Shown in pieces: positions 26,938 to 36,003 of a DNA stretch of 50,049 nucleotides. The notes beneath the pieces were generated by a model. The model worked only from the letters and a program-made list of their open reading frames with translations. It was not told the DNA's origin and ran no database searches. Both the position numbers and the translations under genes were made by a program. The DNA comes from a virus (Duplodnaviria > Caudoviricetes): IMG/VR virus record IMGVR_UViG_3300036859_001054, positions 1 to 50,049 of that record; one strand, given 5' to 3'. Each line of letters begins with the position of its first letter. Position 1 is the first letter of the stretch.

Positions 26938-28058
26938 GCGGCGTCTCTCCCCTGGAGGTTGATCTGCCCGAGCGCGTCGGGATCGAGGCCCTCGACGAGC
27001 TCGGTCATCTCCGCGGCGGTCTTCCCGAAGAAGCGGTCGCTGAGCTGGGCCGCGGCCGCCTTCGCGTTCTCGATCGCGGTCGGGCCCTTGAGCGTGGCGA
27101 CGAACGGCTCGGCGACGTGGGCGCAGTTCGGGTGGAAAGGAGGTCCGCCATTCGTGATTGACTTGAGGGGCGGGAAGCCGAGCGGATCCTGCGGCAGCGC
27201 GCCCACGTAAAAGACGCGACCGGCGAAGGCTGTGCAGACGTCGGGCTTGTCCTGCGCGTGCTTCGAGATCCGGACGTGATCAACCCCGTTCTGCTGCAGG
27301 CGGACGACCGTGGCCACCTTGTGGGCCTCGCGCAGCATCGTCCGCCCCACCAGGTTGGCGTAGGACCTGACGCTGAAGTTGCGGTCGCCGACCTTGATCA
27401 TCTCGCCGCGGGACAGCCGGCTGTAGAGGTCGATCGTGTCGTTCTGGAACCCGTTCTGGCGCAGGCGCGCGAGGGCTTCGCGGTTCGCCGTGCCCTCGAG
27501 GATGACGCGGGCGATGTCGTCCGAGATCTGGCGCCCCGAGCTCCCCCGGATGATGCCCGAGACCACCTGGTCGCGGATCCCCGCGTCCTGGGTGAAGATG
27601 AGCTGCGTCCGGCGGACCGTCAGGCCGGCCGTCGTCAGGATCTGCCGGTGGACGTCTTGGAGGCGGTCCGTGAACGTGGCCGCGATCGCGCGCATTGACG
27701 CGGAGTTGACCGGCGTGAAAGCGCGGTTGATGGGGCCGAAGTCGGCGCGCTCGGCCGCCGAGGCGTTGGCGAGCTCGTCCCCCAGCTGCCGTACGGCCGA
27801 ACGATCGCCCAGGATGAAGGCCTCTGGGACGTGGGTCCGGATCCAGTTGCGGAGGGGCGAGTCCCTCCGCGGATCGATCGCGAAGGCGATCTCCCTGATC
27901 CGGGCGATGAGCTCCTGGGCGCGCGCGGCGCCGGGCCGAGAGATCCCGGCGGCGAGCTCGCGCAAGATGCGTTCGAGCGTCCGCTGGTAGTACCGGTCGA
28001 GCGTCGCGATGGTATCGGCGCTCGCCAGCAGGGACGTCAGCTCTCGGCTTGCGGCCAC
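26934..28058 (-). CDS. Minor capsid / head morphogenesis protein
   Basis: SYANLVGRT, VRISKH...C, PPFHPNCAH. Confidence 0.85.
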   Translation of the reverse strand: MAASRELTSLLASADTIATLDRYYQRTLERILRELAAGISRPGAARAQELIARIREIAFAIDPRRDSPLRNWIRTHVPEAFILGDRSAVRQLGDELANASAAERADFGPINRAFTPVNSASMRAIAATFTDRLQDVHRQILTTAGLTVRRTQLIFTQDAGIRDQVVSGIIRGSSGRQISDDIARVILEGTANREALARLRQNGFQNDTIDLYSRLSRGEMIKVGDRNFSVRSYANLVGRTMLREAHKVATVVRLQQNGVDHVRISKHAQDKPDVCTAFAGRVFYVGALPQDPLGFPPLKSITNGGPPFHPNCAHVAEPFVATLKGPTAIENAKAAAAQLSDRFFGKTAAEMTELVEGLDPDALGQINLQGRDAA

Positions 28059-28059
28059 T

Positions 28060-28185
28060 TCAGCTCCTCAGGTTGATCACCAAAACCCACAGGGCGATCA
28101 CGAAAATGGCCCCGGCGATCACGATCACCCTCATCCGGCGCAGGGCCTCGCGCCGTTCAGACTGCTGCCACTCGGACTCTTTCAT
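28060..28185 (-). CDS. 41-aa single-TM protein (absent from the ORF track)
   Basis: MKESEWQQSERREALRRMRVIVIAGAIFVIALWVLVINLRS; fills the gap between neighbours almost exactly. Confidence 0.65.
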   Translation of the reverse strand: MKESEWQQSERREALRRMRVIVIAGAIFVIALWVLVINLRS

Positions 28186-28187
28186 GG

Positions 28188-28841
28188 TCAGGCCGGTGGT
28201 CCGGCCTCCGTCGACGGGCCGACCGTCGCCTCGAACTTCTTCGCCAGCTCCTTAACGAAGGGCTGCACGCGGGCATCCTCCTGGAGCTTTTTCAGGTACT
28301 CGAGGTCGGCCGCGGTCACCTTGCCCTGGCGTTTCAGGTTGTCGATGAACGCCACGCCGGTCTCGGCGACGGCGCCCCACGGGCCCGCGAAGAACTTGGC
28401 GACGCCGGGGATGTAAGTCGCCGCGAGCTTCAGTCCGGCCAGCGCGACGCCGATGCCGCCGACAAGCCAGCCCCAGAATCCGCCCCCGGCATGCTCCTTC
28501 TCGGACTGCTCGCGCTTCGCCTTCGACTCTTCAGGCGACCATGGCTTAGTTGGATCGTTGGGTGCTCCGTAGTTCTTCACCAGCTGGCCGGTATTCGCCT
28601 TCACGTCGGAGAGCGGTGGCCTCGCCTTCTCGAGGGCCTCGATCGCCTCGACGACCTTGGCCGGGTTGAAGGAGAGCAGTGCGATCGCCATCTCGATCTG
28701 CGCCTGCGCGATCGTCGTGGCCTGGTCGGTCTGGGCGAGGAGGTGGCGGTCGGCCTCCATGACGGTGTTTGCGGACGCGCCGCAGCCCCAGCCCGACAGG
28801 GCCAGGCAGAACACCGTCAGCAACGCCAGGAAGGTCCTCAT
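28188..28841 (-). CDS. Putative lipoprotein with internal TM segment
   Basis: Signal peptide MRTFLALLTVFCLALSGWG/C; GGGFWGWLVGGIGVALAGL. Confidence 0.75.
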   Translation of the reverse strand: MRTFLALLTVFCLALSGWGCGASANTVMEADRHLLAQTDQATTIAQAQIEMAIALLSFNPAKVVEAIEALEKARPPLSDVKANTGQLVKNYGAPNDPTKPWSPEESKAKREQSEKEHAGGGFWGWLVGGIGVALAGLKLAATYIPGVAKFFAGPWGAVAETGVAFIDNLKRQGKVTAADLEYLKKLQEDARVQPFVKELAKKFEATVGPSTEAGPPA

Positions 28842-28872
28842 GACTTGCTCCTTACCTGCGGGTTTCCCGTCT

Positions 28873-29499
28873 CTACTCCCAGGCCGACCAGGTCAGCTTG
28901 TCCCCGGCGGCCGGATTGGTGGCTCCGTCGGTGTCGACCTTGATGCGCGATCCGTCGATCGTGCAGAGGCTGGTCAGGCCCTTGAGGAGGCCCGTCGCCG
29001 TCCGGCACTCGAGCTGGAAGAAGCGGGGCGAGCCGAGGCCGGTCGAGATCATGCAGCAACCGGCCGTGACGTCGAGCGCCGTCACGACGTACTCGCTGCG
29101 GGCCTCGACCTGGTTCGTCGAGTCCTCGCCGTTCGTCAGGGCGGCGCCGGACAGGACGATGTTTCCACCGACGGCCGCCAGCGCGTGGTTGCCGGCGGCT
29201 CCGGGGAACTCGGCCTCCAGGCGGGCGACCGACGTGTCGATCGGGTCGGCATAGGCGATGATCGAGGGGACCGGCTTGTTCGCGTTGATCGCCGCGATCA
29301 GATTCGTGATCGTGATCGCCGCGGTGCCGCCGATGGTGACCGCGATGTTCCCGGGCGTCACGCCGCCGCCGGATTCGAACTCGTAGATCCTGGTCGTGCC
29401 GCTAACCGGCGTGATCGTGATCGTGTTGCCGTCGGCCGGGTTGGCCGTGAGGCGGACCGCCGCCTGCGACTTCGTCCCCTCGAATTTCTGTCTGCCCAC
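28873..29499 (-). CDS. Putative structural protein (beta-rich)
   Basis: NPADGNTITI...YEF...NLIAAIN pattern resembling sheath/flagellin insertion domains. Confidence 0.65.
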   Translation of the reverse strand: MGRQKFEGTKSQAAVRLTANPADGNTITITPVSGTTRIYEFESGGGVTPGNIAVTIGGTAAITITNLIAAINANKPVPSIIAYADPIDTSVARLEAEFPGAAGNHALAAVGGNIVLSGAALTNGEDSTNQVEARSEYVVTALDVTAGCCMISTGLGSPRFFQLECRTATGLLKGLTSLCTIDGSRIKVDTDGATNPAAGDKLTWSAWE

Positions 29500-29502
29500 G
29501 CT

Positions 29503-30996
29503 CTACCCCCTCCCGTTGTTTCTGGTCAGAACGCCCCGCCTCTCGAGCGCCCGCGTCGCGGCGCGCTCGGTCTCCTCGTCGATCTCCGGCTCGTCGTCGT
29601 CCTCTTCGCCAGGCGCCGGCGGATCCTCGCCGTTCTGCGCCGCCTTCATGAGCTTCTCGACCTCCTTCGCCGGCACGATCGGGAAGCCCAGCTTCTCGGC
29701 GATCGCGACGCCGTCGATGCGCTTCGAGAGCGGGATCGTCGTGCCGTCGGCCAGGAACTGCTCGCCGTTGAGGATGGCGATGAAGGTCTCTTTCAGGATG
29801 TCGCGCATGGAGCCCGACAGGCCCTCGCCCGTGATGCGCGTGTCCGACTCCTCGAGGGCCTTCTCGCCGAAGTTGTAGAGGACGAGCGGATTCACCACCT
29901 GCGGGTTGACCACCTCGTCGAGCCACTCGTCGACGGTGGTCTCCTGCGTCGTCCCCAGGGTCTCCGCGTGCTGCTCCGCGCGCGCGCGGCTGCCGGTCTC
30001 CTGGCTCGTGCCGGCCTCGTCGGTCACCAGGAGGCCGCGGAGGATCTGGATCCCGAGCTTGTCGATGCGGCCCTGGTACATCTCGCCGCGCTGGTCGTCG
30101 GTCAGGTACTTGATGTCGAAGAGCGGGTTGCTCTTGTCGTCGCGCGCGCTCGGCACCACGACGAAGGCGCCGTTCTTCATGTCGCGCATGATCCGGCGCA
30201 TGTACTCGAAGCCGTCGAGCTCGAGCCCGCTCTTGTCCCTCAGCGAGCGCGGGTCGGCCGTCCCGATCGGGGTGGGGTCCGCGCGCCGCTCGTAGTAGCG
30301 GTTGGCGTAGAAGTTCATCCCCGCCTTCCACCACCAGGCCTCGTAGGCCTGATCGAGGAGCGGCCAGCCCTCGAGCTTCCCCCAGTTGTCCTCGTCGGCG
30401 TGCGACCATAGGACGGCCTTCTCGCGGCCGACGGTGATGTCCTTGTCCTGGCTGACACCGGCCTGCCTCACGCCGCCCCAGTCGTCCGTCGCGGGGTCGA
30501 TGAGAAGCGTCACAGTGCGGGAGTCGATCGGCTTGAACCGCTTGTAGGTCCAGGCCATGGGCAGCGTCTTTCGCTGCACGGTGCCGTCGACCTTGTCCTC
30601 GTGCTCGATCGTGATCGGCTTCGCCACCCAGTCCTTGCCCAGGACCTGGAAGCCGAAGGGGATCGCGAGCGAGCCGCCCTTGGCGAGCTGGCGGTAGAGC
30701 GGCCGGAGCTGCGACTCGACGAAGGCCTTGATGAGCGGGTCCTTCGACTCGACGGTCCAGCGCAGGTTGACGACCGGCGCGCGGCGGATGGCGAGGCCGA
30801 AGGCGACGTCGGGGTCGTACCGCATGAGGAGGCGCGTGTTGATGTTGATCCGCTGCGGGTTGAAGATCCCGATCCACTTGCGGATCTGGCCGGAGACTTC
30901 CCGCTCGTCCCCGTGCTGCAGGAGATCCGGTCCGGTGCCGGGACTCAGGGCACCGGCGGCGAGCGCCCAGGCCGACCCCGGCGTCATGCGCTTCAC
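29503..30996 (-). CDS. Portal protein (Mu gp29/DUF935-like)
   Basis: Follows TerL; GSRARAEQH, VVNPLVLYNFG. Confidence 0.9.
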   Translation of the reverse strand: MKRMTPGSAWALAAGALSPGTGPDLLQHGDEREVSGQIRKWIGIFNPQRININTRLLMRYDPDVAFGLAIRRAPVVNLRWTVESKDPLIKAFVESQLRPLYRQLAKGGSLAIPFGFQVLGKDWVAKPITIEHEDKVDGTVQRKTLPMAWTYKRFKPIDSRTVTLLIDPATDDWGGVRQAGVSQDKDITVGREKAVLWSHADEDNWGKLEGWPLLDQAYEAWWWKAGMNFYANRYYERRADPTPIGTADPRSLRDKSGLELDGFEYMRRIMRDMKNGAFVVVPSARDDKSNPLFDIKYLTDDQRGEMYQGRIDKLGIQILRGLLVTDEAGTSQETGSRARAEQHAETLGTTQETTVDEWLDEVVNPQVVNPLVLYNFGEKALEESDTRITGEGLSGSMRDILKETFIAILNGEQFLADGTTIPLSKRIDGVAIAEKLGFPIVPAKEVEKLMKAAQNGEDPPAPGEEDDDEPEIDEETERAATRALERRGVLTRNNGRG

Positions 30997-32516
30997 GAGT
31001 AGATCCTCGTGACGTCGGACGGCGCGGCCTCGCGCCCGGGCAGGGACGGGAGGATGAGCGGATCCGGCTGCTCGGAGAGCCAGTTGAAGCCCTCCGCGGC
31101 CGCGTCCACCATGTCGATCAGCTTCCCGCCGGGGAAGCTGCGGATCTGCTCGAGGAACTTCTCATTCCAGGCGGCCTTGAGGTAGAAGACCCGGCCGCCC
31201 TTCGCCGCGGACGCGAGCGGATCCGCGCGCAGGACCTTCCCGCCCTCGCTCGAGGCGACGACGATCGTCACGCCCCAGCCGTCGAGCCGACGCGCGATCG
31301 CCTCAGCCTGGCTCTTGCCGCCGGAGCCGGGCTCCTGCTCGATCGTGACGTGGACGCCCTTGCCGTCGGTCTCGGCCGTGTGGCGGATCTCCTGGTCGCG
31401 ATCGCCGCTCTCCCACCAGTCGGCCTTGATGTCGGTGATGTAGTATTCGCGCTGCTCGCCGGCGCCGCGGCGGCCGAGGCGGACGCCGGCCGTCTGCTTG
31501 GCGCTCTTGTTGGAGCTCGCGGCCGGATCCCACGACCGGACGACGTAGTCGAGCTCGGGGAGCTTCTCGACGGCCTTGAACCAGAGCGCCTTGATCTGTC
31601 CGCCCTCGCGCGGGAACGGGCGCTGCTGGTAGAGGGTCGCCCACCAGAAATCGAGGAGCGTCTTCTGCCGCTTCTCGAGCTCCTCGAGCGGGAAGAGCTC
31701 GGGGCAGAGCGCCTCGCCCTTCGCCCGCTTCCATCCCCACCGCGGCCAGTTCTCGTCCTCCTCGGCGATCGCGGGGAGGCGGATGACGGTCCATTCCTCG
31801 CCCGCCGGCGTGACACAGGTGAAGTCCCCGGTCTTCGTCGCGCCCTCGAGGATCTGGCCGACCAGGTCGCGCTCGTCCCACCGCGTCATGAGGACGACGC
31901 GGACGCCGTCCTTCGAGAGGCGCGTCGAGAGGACGGAGTCCCACCAGTCCTTGATGTGCGCGCGGCGCGTGTTGGAGGCGGCCTCCTCGGCGTTCTTGAT
32001 GGGGTCGTCGACGATCGCAAGGTCGGCGCTGCGCCCCGAGAGCGGGCCCTCGACGCCGGCGGTCACCATGCCGCCGCGGTGCCCGTCGACGGACCAGTCG
32101 TCCGCGGCGTGGCTGTCCTGGCTGAGCTCGATCCCGAAGAGCTCGAGGCCGAACTCCTCGAGGACGTTCCTGCACTTGCGCCCCCAGCTCGACGCGTAGC
32201 CGGCCTCGTAGGAGCCGAGGACGACGCGCTTCTCGGGGAAGGTGCCGATGTACCAGGCGGGGAAATATTGCGACCAGAAGCTCGACTTCCCGTGCTGGGG
32301 CGGGATCTCGATGATGAGGTTCCGGATCTCCCCGCCGGCGATGGCGAGGGCGATCGCGTTGAAGAGCGCGAGGTGGCGGTACAGCCGCCACGCGCCCCTA
32401 CTCGCGAGCATGGCCGTTAGCCCCGGCGAAAGCCCCGCGGTCCCCGAGTCGCTGAGTAAGTTCTGCAACAAGGTTTCGGACCGCTGGATCGCCGAGGTGC
32501 TCCCCGATTTGGACAT
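30993..32516 (-). CDS. terL: Terminase large subunit
   Basis: PPQHGKS Walker A, AIVDDPIKN Walker B, MTRW, WDPA, DMVDA nuclease motifs. Confidence 0.97.
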   Translation of the reverse strand: MSKSGSTSAIQRSETLLQNLLSDSGTAGLSPGLTAMLASRGAWRLYRHLALFNAIALAIAGGEIRNLIIEIPPQHGKSSFWSQYFPAWYIGTFPEKRVVLGSYEAGYASSWGRKCRNVLEEFGLELFGIELSQDSHAADDWSVDGHRGGMVTAGVEGPLSGRSADLAIVDDPIKNAEEAASNTRRAHIKDWWDSVLSTRLSKDGVRVVLMTRWDERDLVGQILEGATKTGDFTCVTPAGEEWTVIRLPAIAEEDENWPRWGWKRAKGEALCPELFPLEELEKRQKTLLDFWWATLYQQRPFPREGGQIKALWFKAVEKLPELDYVVRSWDPAASSNKSAKQTAGVRLGRRGAGEQREYYITDIKADWWESGDRDQEIRHTAETDGKGVHVTIEQEPGSGGKSQAEAIARRLDGWGVTIVVASSEGGKVLRADPLASAAKGGRVFYLKAAWNEKFLEQIRSFPGGKLIDMVDAAAEGFNWLSEQPDPLILPSLPGREAAPSDVTRIYS

Positions 32517-32877
32517 GGCTCTCCTGGTGCGTCTGCTCGTTCGAGTTGCGGATCGAAATCGCCGGGCCCGCCGGCGTGGCGTTCACGAGGACCTTGTCGA
32601 GGACGACCTTCGCGAGGTCGGGATCCTGCAGCGCGCGCGTGAGGATCGCCTGCAGCCAGTTCTTCTCGCCGAGCCGGTAGCGCTTGACCGCGCGCACCAG
32701 CTCGTCGTTGAGGTTCGGGATCCCGGGCGCGCGCCCCTTGGGATTCCCCGACTGGCCTTTCTGGAAGCGGCCCTTCGGATCGCGCGGCGCCGGGGCTGCG
32801 GCAGGTCCTCCGTTTGAGGGTCCTGCCGGAGCCCCGGGCAAGGGCTCCGGTTTGGGCGTCGGGTCGCTGGGGTCCAT
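32398..32877 (-). CDS. terS: Terminase small subunit (DUF5681-like)
   Basis: FQKGQSGNPKGR motif; directly upstream of TerL. Confidence 0.8.
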   Translation of the reverse strand: MDPSDPTPKPEPLPGAPAGPSNGGPAAAPAPRDPKGRFQKGQSGNPKGRAPGIPNLNDELVRAVKRYRLGEKNWLQAILTRALQDPDLAKVVLDKVLVNATPAGPAISIRNSNEQTHQESHVQIGEHLGDPAVRNLVAELTQRLGDRGAFAGANGHARE

Positions 32878-32940
32878 CAGTCCGCAGGGTATGGCGGATT
32901 GGGTCACTTGGAAGGGATGAGGGGGCTATCGTGGCGTTGC

Positions 32941-32988
32941 AAAGCGCCGCGTGGCGTCCGGTAGCGGGCGAAAGCGCCGCGTGGCGTC
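32941..32988. repeat. 18-bp direct repeat AAAGCGCCGCGTGGCGTC x2 upstream of terS
   Basis: 32941-32958 and 32971-32988 are identical; partial third copy at 32930-32937. Confidence 0.85.
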
Positions 32989-33232
32989 AGCGGGTGGACA
33001 GGATCATTGACCTCAGAAGGGGGACTTTGAGCTTCGGGAGGTAAACCGGGCCGCCGGTCATGCCGAGCCCCCAGCGGGGCAGCTTGATGCTGTTCTCGGC
33101 GCAGAACCGTCGGACGAAGCTCTCCGAGAAGCCGACCTCCTGCGCGATCGTGTCCCACTTGAAGACGCACTCTTCGGCGCTCAGCTGGGTCGCGTCGAAG
33201 TCCAGGAGCTGTTTTTTCAACTTCACCTCCAT
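32987..33232 (-). CDS. Small HTH DNA-binding protein
   Basis: WDTIAQEVGFSESFVRRF. Confidence 0.65.
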   Translation of the reverse strand: MEVKLKKQLLDFDATQLSAEECVFKWDTIAQEVGFSESFVRRFCAENSIKLPRWGLGMTGGPVYLPKLKVPLLRSMILSTR

Positions 33233-33257
33233 GCTTCCCCCTTTCTGGTTGCTCGGC

Positions 33258-34508
33258 TCATTCGATCGAGATCCCCGGTCGCGTCGCGTTTGTCGCCTTC
33301 TTCGCACTGAAGTTCTGCCAGCGCTTCACGGCGACGTCGACGAACGCCGGCGAGATCTCCATCGCGTAGACGCGGCGCCCCTCGCGCTCGCCGGCGATGA
33401 TCTGACTGCCCGAGCCCGAGAAGGGCTCGTAGGCGATGCCGCCCGGGCTCGTGTGGTTCCGAATGGGAATCGCCGAGATCTCGACGGGCTTCTGCGTCGG
33501 ATGCAGGCCTTCCTCCATCCCCTTCTGGTCGATCGCCCAGATCGTCGTGAGGTTGGACTGCGGGCGCTGCGCGGGTAGCTTGCCCTCGAGCCACCCGTAG
33601 AAGCACGGCTCGTGCTGCCACATGTAGTGCGAGTGGGTGAGGATCGCCCGAGCCTTCGCCCAGATGATCTGCTGGTGGACGAAGAGGCCGGCGCGCTTCC
33701 AAGCTTCCTCGACGAGGATCTGCCGGCGCGACGCGTGCCACTGGTAGACCGCGGGGTTCTCGACGAGCGCGTGCTTGAGCGCGACGTCGATGAACTGGAA
33801 GAAGAAGTCCGTCGAGGCCTGGGGATCCTTGTACTCGTCCCAGTGCTTGTCCTTCACCTCGGGGCGGTTCGACCAGCTCTGCGGGTGATTGCCGCCCGAG
33901 TAGTCGACCAGGTAGGGCGGATCCGTGGCCATGAGCGCCGCGCGGTCGGACCCCATGAGACGCTGGACGTCCTCGGGCTTCGTCGAGTCGCCGCACAAGA
34001 GCCGGTGTGCGCCCAGCTGCCAGAGATCGCCGGGCTGGGTGATCGCCTCCTCGATGGGCTCGACGATCTCGTCCTCGTCGCCCGGGCCGCAGGCCAGCGG
34101 GTCCGCGGCGAGCAGCTCCTCGAGCGTCGCCTCCTCGAGGCCGGTCACCGTGAGGTCGAGCTCCCGCTCCTGCAGCTCCTGGACCATCTGCGCCAGGAGC
34201 CGCTCGTCCCAGTCCGACAGCTCGCCCAGCTGGTTGTCCGCGATCGTGTAGAGCGCGGCCTGGTCGTCGGACACGTCGGCGACCACGACGGGGATCTCCG
34301 TCACGCCCTTCTTCTTGAGCGCCTCGAGGCGGCCGTGGCCGGCCAGGATCCGGTACGTGCCCTTCTGCACGATGATCGGGGCGAGGTATCCGAAGCTCTC
34401 GATCGAGCGGGCGATCGCGTCGACCGCGTGGTTCTTCCTCGGGTTCTTGTCCCAGGGCCGGAGCTGGCCGATGGGGACGTTCTCGAGCGCGGGCATGGGG
34501 ATCTTCAT
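33258..34508 (-). CDS. ParB-like domain + N6/N4 DNA methyltransferase
   Basis: NPR, ILAGHGRLEA, HRLLCGDST, TDPPY, HPTQKP, EPFSGSGS. Confidence 0.95.
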   Translation of the reverse strand: MKIPMPALENVPIGQLRPWDKNPRKNHAVDAIARSIESFGYLAPIIVQKGTYRILAGHGRLEALKKKGVTEIPVVVADVSDDQAALYTIADNQLGELSDWDERLLAQMVQELQERELDLTVTGLEEATLEELLAADPLACGPGDEDEIVEPIEEAITQPGDLWQLGAHRLLCGDSTKPEDVQRLMGSDRAALMATDPPYLVDYSGGNHPQSWSNRPEVKDKHWDEYKDPQASTDFFFQFIDVALKHALVENPAVYQWHASRRQILVEEAWKRAGLFVHQQIIWAKARAILTHSHYMWQHEPCFYGWLEGKLPAQRPQSNLTTIWAIDQKGMEEGLHPTQKPVEISAIPIRNHTSPGGIAYEPFSGSGSQIIAGEREGRRVYAMEISPAFVDVAVKRWQNFSAKKATNATRPGISIE

Positions 34509-34762
34509 GGCGCCTTCACCTCCTTCACACGCACGACGCACTTCATGGGGATCGAGATGTCCCCCGATCCCTTCACCCGCACGCCTGGGTTCTTCTCGCC
34601 CGACAAGCTGGCCGCCAGCGTGATCGTCTTGCGGTTACGGTCGACCAGCCAGCCCACCGAGCGGCAGAAGAGCGGCTCCCTCGACTGGTCCCTGATGTAC
34701 TCGAGGGAGTTCCAGCCGTTGAACGAGGACGAGTCCATCCACTCGACCAGCACCAGCTTCAT
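34505..34762 (-). CDS. Conserved hypothetical phage protein
   Basis: VLVEWMDS...CRSVGWL...IP pattern; ATGA overlaps. Confidence 0.75.
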   Translation of the reverse strand: MKLVLVEWMDSSSFNGWNSLEYIRDQSREPLFCRSVGWLVDRNRKTITLAASLSGEKNPGVRVKGSGDISIPMKCVVRVKEVKAP

Positions 34763-35535
34763 GGGGCCTTCACCTCCGACTTTGCAGACGTCTGCAATCT
34801 CTTGGCCGCGGTCGCCTTCTCCTCCTCGAGCTCGTGGATTCGCTCGCGCGCGGAGACTAGCTGGTGCTCGAAGCGGGCCTTGTCCTTGAGCACCTGGTCC
34901 CGCTCGCCCTCGGCCGCGTCCCGCGCGCGCTGCATGGTCTCGGCCGTCAACTCGAGCGCCTTCTCCCTCTGCTTGCCGGCGTCGATCTCCTTCCGCAGCT
35001 CGGCGAGGTCGAGGTTCTTTCCTGCCATGGCGTCCAGGTACATGCGGATCTCGCCGTTCAGGCGCGCGACCTCCCGGCGCAGAGCGTCCCGGTCGGGGCC
35101 GATCTCCTTCACGGTGCGGGCCAGACGACGCACGCGGCCGGGGAGCTCTCGCGGATTCGCGTCCAGGCCACCGACCGGGATGGTGATCCCCGCCTCCATG
35201 AACTCTTTCTGGGCCTCCTTGAGGGCGCGTTCATGGAGATCGTTGAGCTGCTTGGCATTGACGAACTCGGTGCGCGCGCGGCCGCGCTCGATCTTCAGCG
35301 AGTCCCGGCTTTCCCGCATCGCGTCCTTCTGAGCGGTGAGGTCGGCGATCTGGGCCTCGAAGCTGGCCACGACGCCCTTCGTCAGCTCGAACTTCCGCAT
35401 CTCCTCGCGCGTCATCGGCTTGACCTTCGCCGACTCCTTGACCTCGACCGCCGGCGAGGCCTCGGGTGGGGGCGAGGCCGGCGGCGCCGGTGCGTCGTCG
35501 ATCGTCGGACCGGGGGGCGTTGCGTCCATCGTCAT
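34759..35535 (-). CDS. Coiled-coil protein
   Basis: Heptad-rich; translational coupling. Confidence 0.75.
   Translation of the reverse strand: MTMDATPPGPTIDDAPAPPASPPPEASPAVEVKESAKVKPMTREEMRKFELTKGVVASFEAQIADLTAQKDAMRESRDSLKIERGRARTEFVNAKQLNDLHERALKEAQKEFMEAGITIPVGGLDANPRELPGRVRRLARTVKEIGPDRDALRREVARLNGEIRMYLDAMAGKNLDLAELRKEIDAGKQREKALELTAETMQRARDAAEGERDQVLKDKARFEHQLVSARERIHELEEEKATAAKRLQTSAKSEVKAP
34782..34797. promoter_or_regulatory. 16-bp palindrome TTGCAGACGTCTGCAA (copy 2)
   Basis: 22-bp inverted match to 4662-4683. Confidence 0.6.
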
Positions 35536-35756
35536 TTCCCTCCTCTCGGGTTCGTCCTCTTAGCGGGCCTGGCGTCGGCGCACGCCGTCGTCCAGGAGAA
35601 TCCGCAGTCGGCGCAGATGCAGTGCAGGTGGTCCTTGCCGCCGGGGTACTGCTTGCAGTTCCGGCAGTGGCCCTTCCCCGCCACCGTGGCCTTGCACTTC
35701 GGGCAGGCCGCGGAGTAGGGCAGGATGGGCGGTGACCCGCCCCGGCTCTTCTTCAT
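35532..35756 (-). CDS. Small Zn-finger protein
   Basis: Three CxxC pairs. Confidence 0.65.
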   Translation of the reverse strand: MKKSRGGSPPILPYSAACPKCKATVAGKGHCRNCKQYPGGKDHLHCICADCGFSWTTACADARPAKRTNPRGGK

Positions 35757-35772
35757 TCGCGGAAGACCTCCC

Positions 35773-36003
35773 TCAGTCCCTCTTCTCGCCGGCGGCCCGC
35801 TGCTGCGCGTCGAGCGGCAACTGGCCCGGCTCCAGCTTCACCGGCGGCTTCTCCTTGCAGTCCGGGCACGGCAGCGCCGACGTGTACGTGATGTCGTTGC
35901 GAACGACCGGCGGCCCCGGCACGTAGCGCGTGTACCCGCACGTCGGACACCAGGGGCGGCGCTTTACCGGAGCGCTTGGGGGTTTCTCGCGGCGCTTTCT
36001 CAT
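35773..36003 (-). CDS. Small Zn-ribbon protein
   Basis: CPTCG...CPDC; ATGA overlap with the initiator stop. Confidence 0.65.
   Translation of the reverse strand: MRKRREKPPSAPVKRRPWCPTCGYTRYVPGPPVVRNDITYTSALPCPDCKEKPPVKLEPGQLPLDAQQRAAGEKRD

Noticed and set aside
32398-32516. 119-bp terS/terL overlap as a recoding site
   Set aside because: terL has its own RBS and an alternative ATG at 32411; such overlaps are common
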